The position numbers were made by a program, and so were the translations under genes. A stretch of DNA of 64,000 nt from contig OX638380.1 of the NCBI GenBank assembly GCA_951813855.1, positions 2,050,876-2,114,875 of the forward strand. Reading direction: 5' to 3'. Shown piece by piece: positions 30,920 to 41,624 of this stretch. This DNA comes from an uncultured Verrucomicrobiae bacterium (GTDB lineage Bacteria > Verrucomicrobiota > Verrucomicrobiia > Limisphaerales > AAA164-E04). The notes below the pieces were generated by a model, which was given only the letters and a program-made list of their open reading frames with translations, ran no database searches and was not told the DNA's origin. Position 1 is the first letter of the stretch. Each line of letters opens with the position of its first letter.

Positions 30920-31386
30920 ATCCGTTTCTGACGACGCTAACCCTCGCCACCGGCTTGGCGGTAATCCTGCTGAACGGCTGCGGCAAAGCGCCCGAACCCG
31001 GCTCCCCCACCGGCGCGGCGCACGACCATCAGCCTCCCCACGGCGGCACGGCCGTGGAGCTGGGCGACCATCAGTATCAGCTGGAATTCCTCCTCGACGA
31101 ATCCGCTTCGCAACTCGAGTGCTACGTGTTGGACGGGCACATGGAAAATTTCATGCGCATCGATGCCGAACGATTGACATTGCAGTTATCGTCCGGAACG
31201 ACCATTGACCTGCTGCCGGTGGCCAGCCGAGCCACCGGCGAAAGCGTCGGCGACACCTCCCACTTTCGCGCTTCGGTCGCTCGGCCCGAAGCATGGCGTT
31301 CCTTTTCGGCCGTCTTGCCGGAAATCACCGTCAAAGGCACCCGGTTCGAGCAAATAACCGTGAACTATCCCCAAGGCGATGAATAA
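30916..31386 (+). CDS. His-motif lipoprotein, putative metal-binding
   Basis: Lipobox LLNGC, then HDHQPPHGG; coupled to flanking genes. Confidence 0.7.
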   Translation: MNPFLTTLTLATGLAVILLNGCGKAPEPGSPTGAAHDHQPPHGGTAVELGDHQYQLEFLLDESASQLECYVLDGHMENFMRIDAERLTLQLSSGTTIDLLPVASRATGESVGDTSHFRASVARPEAWRSFSAVLPEITVKGTRFEQITVNYPQGDE

Positions 31387-32077
31387 TCGGCCCCCCAGAA
31401 CCGGCTCTCCGCTTCGGCGGCTCACGTTCTCGACCGGTATCGTGTTGCTGGCCGCCTGCTCGCCTTCCCCGGAAATTTTCACCGGGTACGATCCGGATTT
31501 GACGATCCAGGGAGAATTGATCGAACCCCTTCCCTCCGAGATCGAGACAGGGGCCGCAGCCGTCACGACCGGCGACGTTTCGCAAGACTCTCCCCTGCCC
31601 CCCGAAAATGCCGGGGGCGACGAACCTGCCGCCCCGCCGCCCCCGATCGTCACCGCCGACGGCTGGAAGGAACTCACTTTCGATTACTTGGCCTCTTGGG
31701 AATATCAATTACCGGAAGACATGACCCAGCCGGTACCGGGAGAAGCCGAAGGCGCTTCCGAGCGCATCCCGGAAGACATCCGGGAATTGGACCGTCAAGA
31801 CGTCGCCATCAAGGGATTCATGCTGCCGCTGAAAGTCGAGGAAGGCAAAGTCACCGAATTTCTGATCATGCGCGATCAATCCATGTGCTGCTACGGCACC
31901 GTGCCTCGAATCAACGAATGGATCAGCGTTCGCATGGAGAAACAAGGCGTCAGGGCGATCATGGACGAAGCGGTCACCATGTTCGGCAAATTGCGGGTCG
32001 GAGAATTCCGGGAAGACGGTTATCTCGTAGGCATCTACGAAATGGACGGAGATCGAATGACCGGTCCGGAAGAATAA
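31379..32077 (+). CDS. DUF3299 family lipoprotein
   Basis: Lipobox LLAAC; VAIKGFMLPL, FLIM....CCYG.VP..NEWI pattern. Confidence 0.8.
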   Translation: MNNRPPRTGSPLRRLTFSTGIVLLAACSPSPEIFTGYDPDLTIQGELIEPLPSEIETGAAAVTTGDVSQDSPLPPENAGGDEPAAPPPPIVTADGWKELTFDYLASWEYQLPEDMTQPVPGEAEGASERIPEDIRELDRQDVAIKGFMLPLKVEEGKVTEFLIMRDQSMCCYGTVPRINEWISVRMEKQGVRAIMDEAVTMFGKLRVGEFREDGYLVGIYEMDGDRMTGPEE

Positions 32078-32218
32078 CCGGCGCCGGCGTCCGAACGATT
32101 CGAACGCCGGCATTTTCCGCTACGAAAAGAGGATGAGAGCGCCGCAAACGCGCACGCTCCCCTTGGTTGGAAACCGCGGCGGCTCGGCCGCGAAAACCCG
32201 AACGATTAGGTTGAGTTC

Positions 32219-33787
32219 CTATTCCTCTTTTTTCCCGATATTCAAGTCGACCGTTCGATAGCCACCCCGAGCCCTAAAAAACAAGGCCAGCAAGCCATAA
32301 GCGACCAGCATTGCCACCGGAAAGACCACCACTTTGCGCAAGGAAAACTGGCGAGCTTCCTTAATGGTGTCTAGCAACTCCGTAGCCTTCGGCTCACCCA
32401 AAGCCTTCCGTTTATCGTCATCGACCGCCGTATATTCACCCAGAACATACGAGTTGGTTTTCGAAACCTGAGCATAATCCTCCGGGGCTATCCGGTTCCT
32501 TGACTCATCCTCTTGCAACTGGCCGATAAACGGGAGGCCGACAACTCCGACTGTCAACATGCCGATGCCGGCAATCGCATTGAGAGTCAACGCTCCGCCC
32601 TTGGGACACTGCTCGGACACCACTCCCAGCATGGTAGGCCAAAAAAAGGTTTTTCCGAATCCGTAAAGCGTGGCAAAAATGAACAAAGCCCAAATGCTTT
32701 GGACGGTCGCCAGATAAAACAGCCCGAGAATAGCCAAGGCCGATGAAGCCATCAACAGTCCGATCGGCGTCAGCCTTGCCACAATCGGACCCGAAAACCA
32801 AAATCTTAATACGGCCATTATGGCCGAAGTATAAACCAGCGCCCAAAGTGGATTAAATTTATTGGCTTCCAACGGAGCCTTCAAGATACCGGTAATCGCT
32901 CCATCCGCGCCAATTTCAGTAGTCGCCAAAGGCATCATGATCAGGCAGAGGAAAAACAGAATCGGCCGCCCGACCGATCGGCAATACATCCAGTAAACTA
33001 CCGAAGAAACTATGATCAATCCCCAAATTAAATAAGCAGGCCAACTGAACACTTCTCCCAGTTGATGGAAAATCAAAACGGATGCCAGCAACGCTCCCAA
33101 CACGCCGAATTCCGCCAACATCTCCTTGTGGCTCGTACCGGAAGCGACTCGTTCGTTCTCGGGAAAGTCTACTTGCAGCAACATGATCAAGAACACGACC
33201 GCCGGCAACGCGATCAAATAAATCATGATCGTCCAATTCCCCGCGATGAACCCACTCAAGCCAATCGTCAACAAACCGCCCAGCACCAAGCCTCCGGGCC
33301 AGCCAGCATGCAAAATATTAAGCCATTTCGTCTTTTCCTTGCGGTACATGGTAGCTACAATCGGGTTGATATACGCCTCCACGGTGCCGTTACCCAAACC
33401 TAGAATAACCGATCCCCAATAGAGCAAAGGATAGGCGAGATCCTGCCGCTCCGCTAATTCCGTCCCCTCAACCCCTTGAATCAGATAATAAGCGAATAAC
33501 GCCATGGCGGTATAAACTACGTAACAACAGAAACTGAACAGCATGGCGATCTTATAGCCGATCCGATCGATAATCAGGCTGAAGACGATAATGCTGATAG
33601 CAAAGGGCCAGATCCCCGCACCGAAAAGTTTTAGAGCTACGACTTTATCCAAGTCAAAATCAACCGACCATTGACCGTTAACCAGAAAAGTCCGGGTGAT
33701 GAAGGCGAAAGCGGTCGTAACCAAGGCGATAAAACACCCCCAGAACAAAAGTTGATTACTGCGGGAATTAGGATTTTCTTCACTCAT
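32219..33787 (-). CDS. MFS transporter (sugar-type)
   Basis: About 12 TMs; IDRIGYK, GLGNGTVEAYINP, KTFFWPTMLG. Confidence 0.88.
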   Translation of the reverse strand: MSEENPNSRSNQLLFWGCFIALVTTAFAFITRTFLVNGQWSVDFDLDKVVALKLFGAGIWPFAISIIVFSLIIDRIGYKIAMLFSFCCYVVYTAMALFAYYLIQGVEGTELAERQDLAYPLLYWGSVILGLGNGTVEAYINPIVATMYRKEKTKWLNILHAGWPGGLVLGGLLTIGLSGFIAGNWTIMIYLIALPAVVFLIMLLQVDFPENERVASGTSHKEMLAEFGVLGALLASVLIFHQLGEVFSWPAYLIWGLIIVSSVVYWMYCRSVGRPILFFLCLIMMPLATTEIGADGAITGILKAPLEANKFNPLWALVYTSAIMAVLRFWFSGPIVARLTPIGLLMASSALAILGLFYLATVQSIWALFIFATLYGFGKTFFWPTMLGVVSEQCPKGGALTLNAIAGIGMLTVGVVGLPFIGQLQEDESRNRIAPEDYAQVSKTNSYVLGEYTAVDDDKRKALGEPKATELLDTIKEARQFSLRKVVVFPVAMLVAYGLLALFFRARGGYRTVDLNIGKKEE

Positions 33788-33825
33788 GCTGCAACAAAGG
33801 ATTCTCGATTGAGGGATGTGTCGAC

Positions 33826-34938
33826 CTATAACGTGAACTCGGGCAATCTCGTGACTTTACCTTGCTCCAAAGCGCTCTGGTGAGCGCAAATACCGACGCA
33901 GGTCCAGTTGGCGGCGGTCCGGGCATTGGGCCAAGGATCCCGGTCCTCGGCCAAAGCGCTCAAAAATTCGTGAACCATGTGAGGATGGCTGCCGCCGTGT
34001 CCGCCGCCTTGGACGAAGGAAAGATGATCGGCGTCCTCGATGGTTTGGGTGAATTTACGAATCGGTTCGGGGAGCAAGTGGGCGAAATCGGGGATCTCGA
34101 CTCGCTCGGGAATTTCCGCTTCCGGCCGTTTGGCGACGTGCAGGATATGCGGCTCGTTCTCCACCAACGTCCATTCGAAGCTCTTCTTGCTGCCGTACAC
34201 GTCAATGCTTTCCCGATACTGCCGGGCCACGTCGTAGAGAAACCGCCAAATATGGGCCGCCAAATCGCTGTTCTGAAATTTGATATGGCAACTTTCGACG
34301 GCGAACCGGTTGCCGCTTCGCCCGGCGATCTCCTCGCGAACCGTCCCGCTGCCGAAACAACTGACGGATTCGGCTTTGCCGTCGACCAGTCCCAAACACG
34401 GCGCGACCACGTGAGTCGCGTAATGCATCGGGATCATGTCTTTCCAGTAGTCGGGCCAACCGTCCATGTCCTGGGGATGGCTGGCGGCGATATACTGCAA
34501 CTTGCCCAGCTCCCCCCGGCGGTACAAATCCCGCACGTAGAGAAACTCCCGGCTGTACACGACCGTCTCGGCCATCATGTATTTCAGCCCGGTTTCGTCG
34601 ACGGCCCGGCAGATTTCCCGGCACTCGTCGACAGTGGTCGCCATCGGCACCGTACACATGACGTGTTTCCCCGCCCGGAGGGCCTTGAGGGACTGAGCCG
34701 CGTGGTCGGGAATCGGAGAATTGATGTGGACCGCGTCGATTTCCGGATCGCGGAGCAATTGCTCGTAATCGGTGTACCGCTTGGCGATGCCGCACTGATC
34801 GGCCACCCGATGCAATTCCTCCGAATTCCGCCGGCAAAGGGCGACCAACTCCGCGGCGGGATGGGCCTGATGGATCGGAATGAATTCGGCCCCGAATCCC
34901 AGTCCGATTACGGCAATCCTGAACTTCTTGTCACTCAT
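33826..34938 (-). CDS. Gfo/Idh/MocA family oxidoreductase
   Basis: IAVIGLGFG, IDAVHINSP..DH, GKHVMCTVP. Confidence 0.9.
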   Translation of the reverse strand: MSDKKFRIAVIGLGFGAEFIPIHQAHPAAELVALCRRNSEELHRVADQCGIAKRYTDYEQLLRDPEIDAVHINSPIPDHAAQSLKALRAGKHVMCTVPMATTVDECREICRAVDETGLKYMMAETVVYSREFLYVRDLYRRGELGKLQYIAASHPQDMDGWPDYWKDMIPMHYATHVVAPCLGLVDGKAESVSCFGSGTVREEIAGRSGNRFAVESCHIKFQNSDLAAHIWRFLYDVARQYRESIDVYGSKKSFEWTLVENEPHILHVAKRPEAEIPERVEIPDFAHLLPEPIRKFTQTIEDADHLSFVQGGGHGGSHPHMVHEFLSALAEDRDPWPNARTAANWTCVGICAHQSALEQGKVTRLPEFTL

Positions 34939-35086
34939 GTCAAACTCATCGGCCACCCCGCAATCAAATTACGGGAGCCGGCAATTACGACGCAACGGGA
35001 ACGAAACGGGGATTCGACACTCGGAACCGGTTCTTGTCAAACCCTTATCCGAAAATTCGAACGCCGCCTTCCGGCGTTCCGAACGC

Positions 35087-35326
35087 TCATCCCAACCCGG
35101 CGTGAGAACCGTCGCAATAGGGTGGTTTGGCGGTGCGCTTGCAGGCGCACCAAGCGAGCCGCTTCGTTTCCTCGACGACCTCCTTGCGGGGAGAAAATTC
35201 CGTGCCCTTGTGGGAACCGTCGCAAAACGGCTGACTGGCCGAACGGCCGCAACTGCACCACCAGTAGGTGCCGGGTTCGGTTTCGCTGACGACAGGGAAA
35301 TTCTGGGGACACTCCGGGCTAGCCAT
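35087..35326 (-). CDS. CDGSH iron-sulfur domain protein (two motifs)
   Basis: CSCGRSASQPFCDGSH and CACKRTAKPPYCDGSH. Confidence 0.92.
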   Translation of the reverse strand: MASPECPQNFPVVSETEPGTYWWCSCGRSASQPFCDGSHKGTEFSPRKEVVEETKRLAWCACKRTAKPPYCDGSHAGLG

Positions 35327-35462
35327 ATGCGGAGAGCGTACCCCCGAAACGGAGAATCCGGCAATTCCGATCTCGTAATTATTCGACTTTCAGGCTAGGT
35401 TGGGTTCGCTGGCAAGGATCGCTCGCCCTAACCGGTTCGACTCCCTTTCGCCTGGCGCACCC

Positions 35463-36488
35463 ATGCAAACCGCAGTTGACACCTGGACGAATTCGACGAC
35501 GGCCCCGACTTCGGCTCGCCTGCTCGAAATCTTCCGCTCGATGATGACGGCGCGGCTGTTGGACGAGAAACTGGCGGCCCTGTATCGAGCCGGCAAAATT
35601 CACGGCGGAGTGTTCTTGGGCAAGGGCCAGGAAGCGCTTAGCGCCGCATTGGGACAAGCCTTGCGCCGCACCGATGTTTTCGCGCCCTTGATCCGTGACG
35701 GAGCCGGCCGGCTCGCCTTCGGCGAGACCGTCGTGGAAGCGCTGCGCAGTTGTTTGGGCTCGCCTCAGGGCCCCATGCGTTCCCGAGACGGCAACGTGCA
35801 TCGAGGCCGTCCCCGGGACGGCTATCTCCCGATGATCAGCCATTTGGGCGCCATGATTTCAGTGGTGGGAGGCATGCTGTTGTCGCGGCGCCTGCGGGGC
35901 CGGCGAGGCGATATCGGGGCTACGTGCATCGGTGACGGCGGCGTCTCGACCGGAGCATTCCATGAAGCCGTCAATCTAGCCGCCGTCGAAAAACTCCCCT
36001 TGGTGATCGTCGTCGCCAATAACCATTACGCTTACTCGACGCCCATCGAAAAACAAACCGCTTGCCGATCGCTGGTCGATAAAGCCGTCGGTTACGGCGT
36101 CCAAGGCCACACGGCCGACGGCACCGATATCGTCGATTGCTGCAAGGTAATCGGTGAAGCCGTAAATCGCGCCCGGGCAGGCGAAGGCCCCCAATTGGTA
36201 GTGGCCGAATTGCTGCGGCTCTGCGGCCACGGAGAACACGACGACGCCAACTACATCGACCGCCGGCTCAAAGAAACCACGATCGGCCGCGATTGCCTGG
36301 ATGTGGCCCGGGAAACTCTGCAAGAACGCAACATTATGGACGCGGAAGCCATCGCTCAACTCAGGGCCGAAATCACTCGGGAAATCGAATCCGCCGTTCA
36401 ACAGGTTATCAAGGAAGGAGGACCGGATCCCTTCGCTCACGACTGGTGCGCCCTGGCCACCCGCCGCCTCGCCGATCCTCCTTTGTAA
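35463..36488 (+). CDS. 2-oxoacid dehydrogenase E1 alpha subunit
   Basis: TPP motif GDG...FHEAVN...NNHYAYST; RLCGHGEHDD. Confidence 0.9.
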   Translation: MQTAVDTWTNSTTAPTSARLLEIFRSMMTARLLDEKLAALYRAGKIHGGVFLGKGQEALSAALGQALRRTDVFAPLIRDGAGRLAFGETVVEALRSCLGSPQGPMRSRDGNVHRGRPRDGYLPMISHLGAMISVVGGMLLSRRLRGRRGDIGATCIGDGGVSTGAFHEAVNLAAVEKLPLVIVVANNHYAYSTPIEKQTACRSLVDKAVGYGVQGHTADGTDIVDCCKVIGEAVNRARAGEGPQLVVAELLRLCGHGEHDDANYIDRRLKETTIGRDCLDVARETLQERNIMDAEAIAQLRAEITREIESAVQQVIKEGGPDPFAHDWCALATRRLADPPL

Positions 36489-36493
36489 TCACC

Positions 36494-37459
36494 ATGTCGA
36501 TCACCTACCTGAACGCCATACGCGAGGCGCAACGGCATTTGCTGGAGACCGATCAACGGGTACTGATTTACGGACAGGACGTCGGTCTGTTCGGCGGCGC
36601 CTTCAAAGCGACCAAAGGGTTGGCCGAAGTTTTTCCCGACCGGGTAATGGACGCTCCGATCAGCGAAGACGCCATCGTCGGCACGGCCATCGGCGCTGCG
36701 ATCGAAGGACTGCGGCCGATCGTGGAAATGCAATTTGCGGATTTTTCGACGGTCGGATTCAATCAGATCGCCAATAACGCCGGAGCGTTTTTCTGGCGCA
36801 CCGGCGTGCCGGTGCCTCTCACCGTCCGGCTGCCCAGCGGCGGCACCTCCGGTGGCGGGCCGTTTCATTCGCAAAGCCTCGAAGCCGTTTACGCCCACTA
36901 TCCGGGACTGGTCGTCATGACGCCCGCCACCGTCTCCGACGCCTACTCCATGCTGATCGAAGCGGTAACGATCGACGATCCGGTCATCTTTTGCGAACAC
37001 AAGTATCTGTACTATCATCTCAAGGCCGATACGCTGGAACCGGAAACGTTGCCGGCCGGGAAAGCGCGAATCGCCCGAACGGGACGCGACGCGACCGTCG
37101 TCACTTACAGCGCGATGCTGCATGAAGTTCTCGAAGTCGCCAAAGAACTGGCCAACGAAGACGTCGAATTGGAGATTATCGATTTACGCACCGTCAAACC
37201 GTTAGATACCGATACCGTCATCGCCTCGGTCGCCCGCACCGGGCGCTTGCTCTGCGCCGCCGAAGCTTGGCCTTGGGGAGGCGTTTCGGCCGAGATCATC
37301 GCTCGAATCGCCAACGAAGGATTTCATCTGCTGGACGCGCCGCCGAGGCGCGTCAACGCCAAGGACACGCCGATCCCCTACCACCCCGACCTTTGGTCCA
37401 TTCATCGCCCGGCCGCCCGCAGCATCCTGCTCGCCGTCCGGGAATTATTGAGAATCTGA
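36494..37459 (+). CDS. 2-oxoacid dehydrogenase E1 beta subunit
   Basis: GQDVG..GG.F, DAPISED, EMQFADF, HSQSLE, IDLRT.KPLD. Confidence 0.92.
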   Translation: MSITYLNAIREAQRHLLETDQRVLIYGQDVGLFGGAFKATKGLAEVFPDRVMDAPISEDAIVGTAIGAAIEGLRPIVEMQFADFSTVGFNQIANNAGAFFWRTGVPVPLTVRLPSGGTSGGGPFHSQSLEAVYAHYPGLVVMTPATVSDAYSMLIEAVTIDDPVIFCEHKYLYYHLKADTLEPETLPAGKARIARTGRDATVVTYSAMLHEVLEVAKELANEDVELEIIDLRTVKPLDTDTVIASVARTGRLLCAAEAWPWGGVSAEIIARIANEGFHLLDAPPRRVNAKDTPIPYHPDLWSIHRPAARSILLAVRELLRI

Positions 37460-37478
37460 CTTCCAGCCGCCCCGCTCT

Positions 37479-38669
37479 ATGCAGCAAATTGCCATCATCA
37501 TGCCGCAATTAGGCGAATCCATCGCCGAGGCGACCATCGTCGATTTCCTGGTACAGGAAGGCGATCCGGTCGAAACCGATCAGGACATTATCGAAGTCGA
37601 AACCAATAAGGCCACGATGAACGTGACGGCGCCCGCCGCCGGCGTCATCCGAAAATACACGGCCCAGGTTGACGAAAGCTACGCCGTCGGCGCCACCCTG
37701 GGCTACATCGAAACCGACCGGAGCGAGGACGCCGAACCGCCCCAGGCTCCCCCGGCCGAACGAGCACCGCTTCCCGAACCGGCGCCCCCGAGCAGCGAGG
37801 AAACGAAACCCCGGGAAGTCAAACCGACCATCAATAAACTCCCGGTGCCGGCCGACAATTTCGGCGCTTCCTATCTCTCCCCCCGGCTAAAGGCCCGCAT
37901 GCAGGAATTGGCGTTGCGCAGCGCCGATTTGGCCGGCGTGGCCGGTTCGGGCGCCGGCGGCAGAGTCACCGTGCAAGATTTCGAGAAGTTCATTTCCGAA
38001 CTGGAAAAAACCCGGCTGAGCCGAGCTTCCTCCATGCGGGTCGCCGTGGCGGACGCCATGTGCCGCAGTTGGACCCGCCCCCTGGCGACCGTCGGCTTAT
38101 CGGTCCCGCTGGAAGCCATGCTCCAGCATCGCAAACAATTATCTCCCCGGCCGGGGCCTACGCTCTACGCCATTCGCGCCTTGGCTTTGGCCCTGGGCGA
38201 AAACAGCACGCCGGCCGGCCGGTTGATCGGCCGCAATATCGCCCATCCGTCCTCGATCGATATCGGATTTGCGGTGGAAGCCGAAGACGGAGTGCTCGTC
38301 CCGATCTTGCGCCAAGCCGATCGCGAACCGCTTTCGAGCATGACGCCCCGATATCAGGAACTGATGACCTTGGCCAAGGAACGGCGGCTGACCCCGGACG
38401 CCATGGGAAACTCCGTGGCTACCGTCACCAATTTCGGCACTTTCGGCCTTACTTGGGCCACCCCGATTCCGCTGCCGGAACAGACTTTGGTGCTGGGCAT
38501 GGGCGCCGGGCGCAAACAACCTTTCTGGGACGAAACCCAAGGCGCGTTCGTTCCTCGAACCGAGGCCTATTTGACTCTGAGCTTCGACCATCGCGTGCTC
38601 GACGGCGGAGCGGCCGGCCGCTTGCTGGCGAAAGTTTCCGCGTTGTTCCAACGGCCGGAAGAACTGTAG
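37479..38669 (+). CDS. 2-oxoacid dehydrogenase E2 (dihydrolipoamide acyltransferase)
   Basis: Lipoyl ETNKA, subunit-binding GSGAGGRVTVQD, catalytic FDHRVLDG. Confidence 0.9.
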   Translation: MQQIAIIMPQLGESIAEATIVDFLVQEGDPVETDQDIIEVETNKATMNVTAPAAGVIRKYTAQVDESYAVGATLGYIETDRSEDAEPPQAPPAERAPLPEPAPPSSEETKPREVKPTINKLPVPADNFGASYLSPRLKARMQELALRSADLAGVAGSGAGGRVTVQDFEKFISELEKTRLSRASSMRVAVADAMCRSWTRPLATVGLSVPLEAMLQHRKQLSPRPGPTLYAIRALALALGENSTPAGRLIGRNIAHPSSIDIGFAVEAEDGVLVPILRQADREPLSSMTPRYQELMTLAKERRLTPDAMGNSVATVTNFGTFGLTWATPIPLPEQTLVLGMGAGRKQPFWDETQGAFVPRTEAYLTLSFDHRVLDGGAAGRLLAKVSALFQRPEEL

Positions 38670-38676
38670 GCCGCGC

Positions 38677-40515
38677 CTATTTGGCGAGAACCTTCTGCAA
38701 CAGGGTGTTGAGCCGGCCGACCAGTTCCCGGGGATCCTCCACCAGGCCGGCCGCCATGCGGGCGTTGTCGAAAAGTTGTTCGGCCGCCACCTTGGCCAAA
38801 GGTTCGTCGGCACCCCTGACCGCGTGCAGGCGCTTGATCACGTCATGCCGGGGATTGATTTCCAAGTGATATTTCGCCGCTCCCGTTTCTTGGTTTAACG
38901 ACTTCATCAAGCGCCGCATATTGGCCGTCATCGCCGGTTCGGAATCCACGACGATCGCCGGACTGTTCACCAATCTGCCGGAAGTCTTGATTTCCTCCAC
39001 CCGCTCTCCCAGAGTTTCCTTGAGCCACTTGCTGAGCTCCGCCACCTTCTCCTCGCTCAACGGTTCGCCCGCGACGTTCTCGACCTCGAGCTCGCTTCGT
39101 TCGACCGCGCAGAGTTTCTTTTCCTCGAACTCGCCCAGATGTTCCATCGCCACTTCGTCCCAGGGATCGAACAGGAACAGCGTTTCGAGTTTCCGATTCT
39201 GAAGCGCTTCCCGGTAGGGACTCTGTTCGGCCGTCTCGCGCGAGGGAGCGTAAAGATAGTAGATCTCCTTCTGATCCTCGGCCATGCGTTTGACGTAATC
39301 GGCCAACGAAGTCATCTGGCCCTTTTCCAAAGCCGAAGACTCGTAACGCAACAATTTGCCCAACTCTTTCCGGTGCGTGAAATCGGAGATGACGCCTTCC
39401 TTGAGAAACCGCTGATACTCTCGATAGATCAGGTCGAATTGGGCGGCGTCCTTGCGGCTTAAATCTTCCAGATACTTCAAAAAGCGGGAGGTGATGACCT
39501 TGTTCAGCTTTTGCAACAGGGAAGAATCCTGCATCGACTCCCGGGAAATGTTCAACGGCAAGTCCTCGCTGTCGACCACGCCCTGGAGAAACCGAAGCCA
39601 TTCGGGAAACAGGTCTTTCGCCTTGGCCTCGATCAGAATCTTCCGGCAATACAGATTGACTCCCGATTCGCTCCGGCCGATCCCCAGGTTTTCGATGTTC
39701 CGGGCCGGGACGAACAACAACGTGTTGATGGCCAACGGAGCGTCCGCCGAGAAGTGAAGCCGCCCCAGCGGTTCCTGTTGGTCGTGCCCGATGAATCGAT
39801 AAAACTCCTTGTACTCCTCATCCTTGATCTCGTTCTTGTTCCGCACCCAGATCGCCGAGACGGTGTTCGCCACCTCTCCGTTCAGTTCGATCGGAAAGGA
39901 CACGAAATTCGAATAACGCTTCAGGATATTTTCCACCCGGGATCCTTGAGCGAACTCTTTCTCCGCTTCCCTCAACTTGACCAACACCCGAGTCCCGCGA
40001 CTCCAGTCCGCCGCCTTTTCGATGCGGTAGGAACCGCGGCCGTCCGAAGTCCAGCATTGCCCTTCGGCATTGGGGTGCCACGAGCGCGTCCAGACCTTCA
40101 CTTCTTCGGCCACCATGAAAGCGCTGTAAAACCCGACGCCGAATTGTCCGATCAAACTGGCATCCGCCTGCTTGTCTTTCTGTTCCGAAATTTGTTTGAG
40201 AAACGCCTTGGAACCGGAATGGGCGATAGTGCCGAGATTTTCCACCAGTTCTTCCCGAGTCATGCCGATGCCGGTATCGGTGATGGAAATGGTGCCGGCC
40301 ACGTCGTCGGTCGCCACCTTGATTTTGGGTTCCACCTCCGGTTCGAAAACCTGTTGCCCCGAGGTCATCTGGAAACGATGCTTCTCGCAGGCGTCGGCGG
40401 CGTTGGAAACCAGTTCCCTAATGAAGATCTCTTTATCCGTGTACAGGGAATGAATGACGATATCCAGCAGTTGCTGAATCTCGGCTTGAAAAACGTGTTC
40501 TTCCGCTTCGCTCAT
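38677..40515 (-). CDS. htpG: Molecular chaperone HtpG (Hsp90)
   Basis: EIFIRELVSNAADA, DTGIGMT, LGTIAHSG, IGQFGVGFYS, LPLNISRE. Confidence 0.97.
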   Translation of the reverse strand: MSEAEEHVFQAEIQQLLDIVIHSLYTDKEIFIRELVSNAADACEKHRFQMTSGQQVFEPEVEPKIKVATDDVAGTISITDTGIGMTREELVENLGTIAHSGSKAFLKQISEQKDKQADASLIGQFGVGFYSAFMVAEEVKVWTRSWHPNAEGQCWTSDGRGSYRIEKAADWSRGTRVLVKLREAEKEFAQGSRVENILKRYSNFVSFPIELNGEVANTVSAIWVRNKNEIKDEEYKEFYRFIGHDQQEPLGRLHFSADAPLAINTLLFVPARNIENLGIGRSESGVNLYCRKILIEAKAKDLFPEWLRFLQGVVDSEDLPLNISRESMQDSSLLQKLNKVITSRFLKYLEDLSRKDAAQFDLIYREYQRFLKEGVISDFTHRKELGKLLRYESSALEKGQMTSLADYVKRMAEDQKEIYYLYAPSRETAEQSPYREALQNRKLETLFLFDPWDEVAMEHLGEFEEKKLCAVERSELEVENVAGEPLSEEKVAELSKWLKETLGERVEEIKTSGRLVNSPAIVVDSEPAMTANMRRLMKSLNQETGAAKYHLEINPRHDVIKRLHAVRGADEPLAKVAAEQLFDNARMAAGLVEDPRELVGRLNTLLQKVLAK

Positions 40516-40685
40516 AGGGGGGCAATAAATAGTAATTATCCCTTTTATTCGTCAAGGGAGGGATAGCGAATCGAATCCGGAACAGCCCGGCCTCGCCGGC
40601 AACGGAACGCCCGGACCGGACGAACCCTCAGACCGAATGCGGCAACGAGAAGAATCCGGCTTCGCCGTTCGGCCAAGCCGCTTGG

Positions 40686-40931
40686 TCACTGTCTTTCGTA
40701 CTCTCCTTTTCCCGTTCTTTTCAGTACGGAGAACCCGGCCTTTTTAGCGTCGGAAATCGACAACGGTTTGAGTTTGACGGGGGAAAAGAAGGGAGAAATC
40801 AGTTTCTTCACCTTACGCTTGCACAAGGGGCAATGCTTCAAGGGACGCGCGGAAAGAGGACGATTCAACGTAAACTTGCCGCCGCATACCTGGCAGTCGC
40901 CTTCCTCCAATTCGTATTCGTACAATGGCAT
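40686..40931 (-). CDS. FmdB family zinc-ribbon protein
   Basis: MPLYEY...CQVC...CPLC...KKLIS. Confidence 0.85.
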   Translation of the reverse strand: MPLYEYELEEGDCQVCGGKFTLNRPLSARPLKHCPLCKRKVKKLISPFFSPVKLKPLSISDAKKAGFSVLKRTGKGEYERQ

Positions 40932-40935
40932 ATCC

Positions 40936-41316
40936 TTACGACCCGCCGTTCCCGGAATCCGGCTTCGACCGGCGTCCGTCGCGAACGGCTCGGCGAAAAC
41001 GCAGAATCAACCAAAGTTGAACCTGCAGAATGCCGAAAGCAACCCAGTCTTCGAACCGGAACGGCAGAATCGTCACGACCTCCCGGATCCGGTCCAGCCC
41101 GATAATCGCAACGCTGCCTACCGAAGGAACGATCCAGATCACCGACATCGTCCGATAAAAGTGAATCCTTTTTGCCGCCGAATCGACTTCCTGGCCGGCG
41201 TCGGTTGGCTTCACTTGATCCCGTATTGTCTCACTCTGCCCATTCTCGAACGCTCGGGATTGCCCTGTCAAGTCTGCGGAACGGATAACGGCCGACCAAA
41301 AACATCCCTTCGCCAT
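40936..41316 (-). CDS. Hypothetical small membrane protein
   Basis: Two hydrophobic stretches, same strand and 4 nt upstream of the FmdB gene; no family recognised. Confidence 0.3.
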   Translation of the reverse strand: MAKGCFWSAVIRSADLTGQSRAFENGQSETIRDQVKPTDAGQEVDSAAKRIHFYRTMSVIWIVPSVGSVAIIGLDRIREVVTILPFRFEDWVAFGILQVQLWLILRFRRAVRDGRRSKPDSGNGGS

Positions 41317-41624
41317 CGATTCGACGATTACGAAAGCGGTCGGAACCGACCGGCGGCCTAACCATTACAAGTGATCGCCGGCAGTTGCCGCTGGGGCCGA
41401 CCGATCACGGAAAAAGGGCTCCGAACGACCGGTTCCATTCCATCCGGACGGAACGCGACCGACCTTTCGCCCGAGAGTCGCCATGCCTAACCCGGTCGAA
41501 AAAAAATCCCGCATCTCGGAACGCTCCGGGGCAACCGGAAACGATTCCCCCCTTCCCTAATTGCTGCCTGCCCGACGAAGCACTCCTGCCGGCGAACGGT
41601 TGATCCTCTCCGGCAACAGGCGCC

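Noticed and set aside
33862-40566. Long antisense ORFs (33862..35289, 38060..38869, 39511..40566; likewise 5356..6333 and 51897..52703)
   Set aside because: Shadow frames of well-supported genes in GC-rich DNA; no recognisable motifs.
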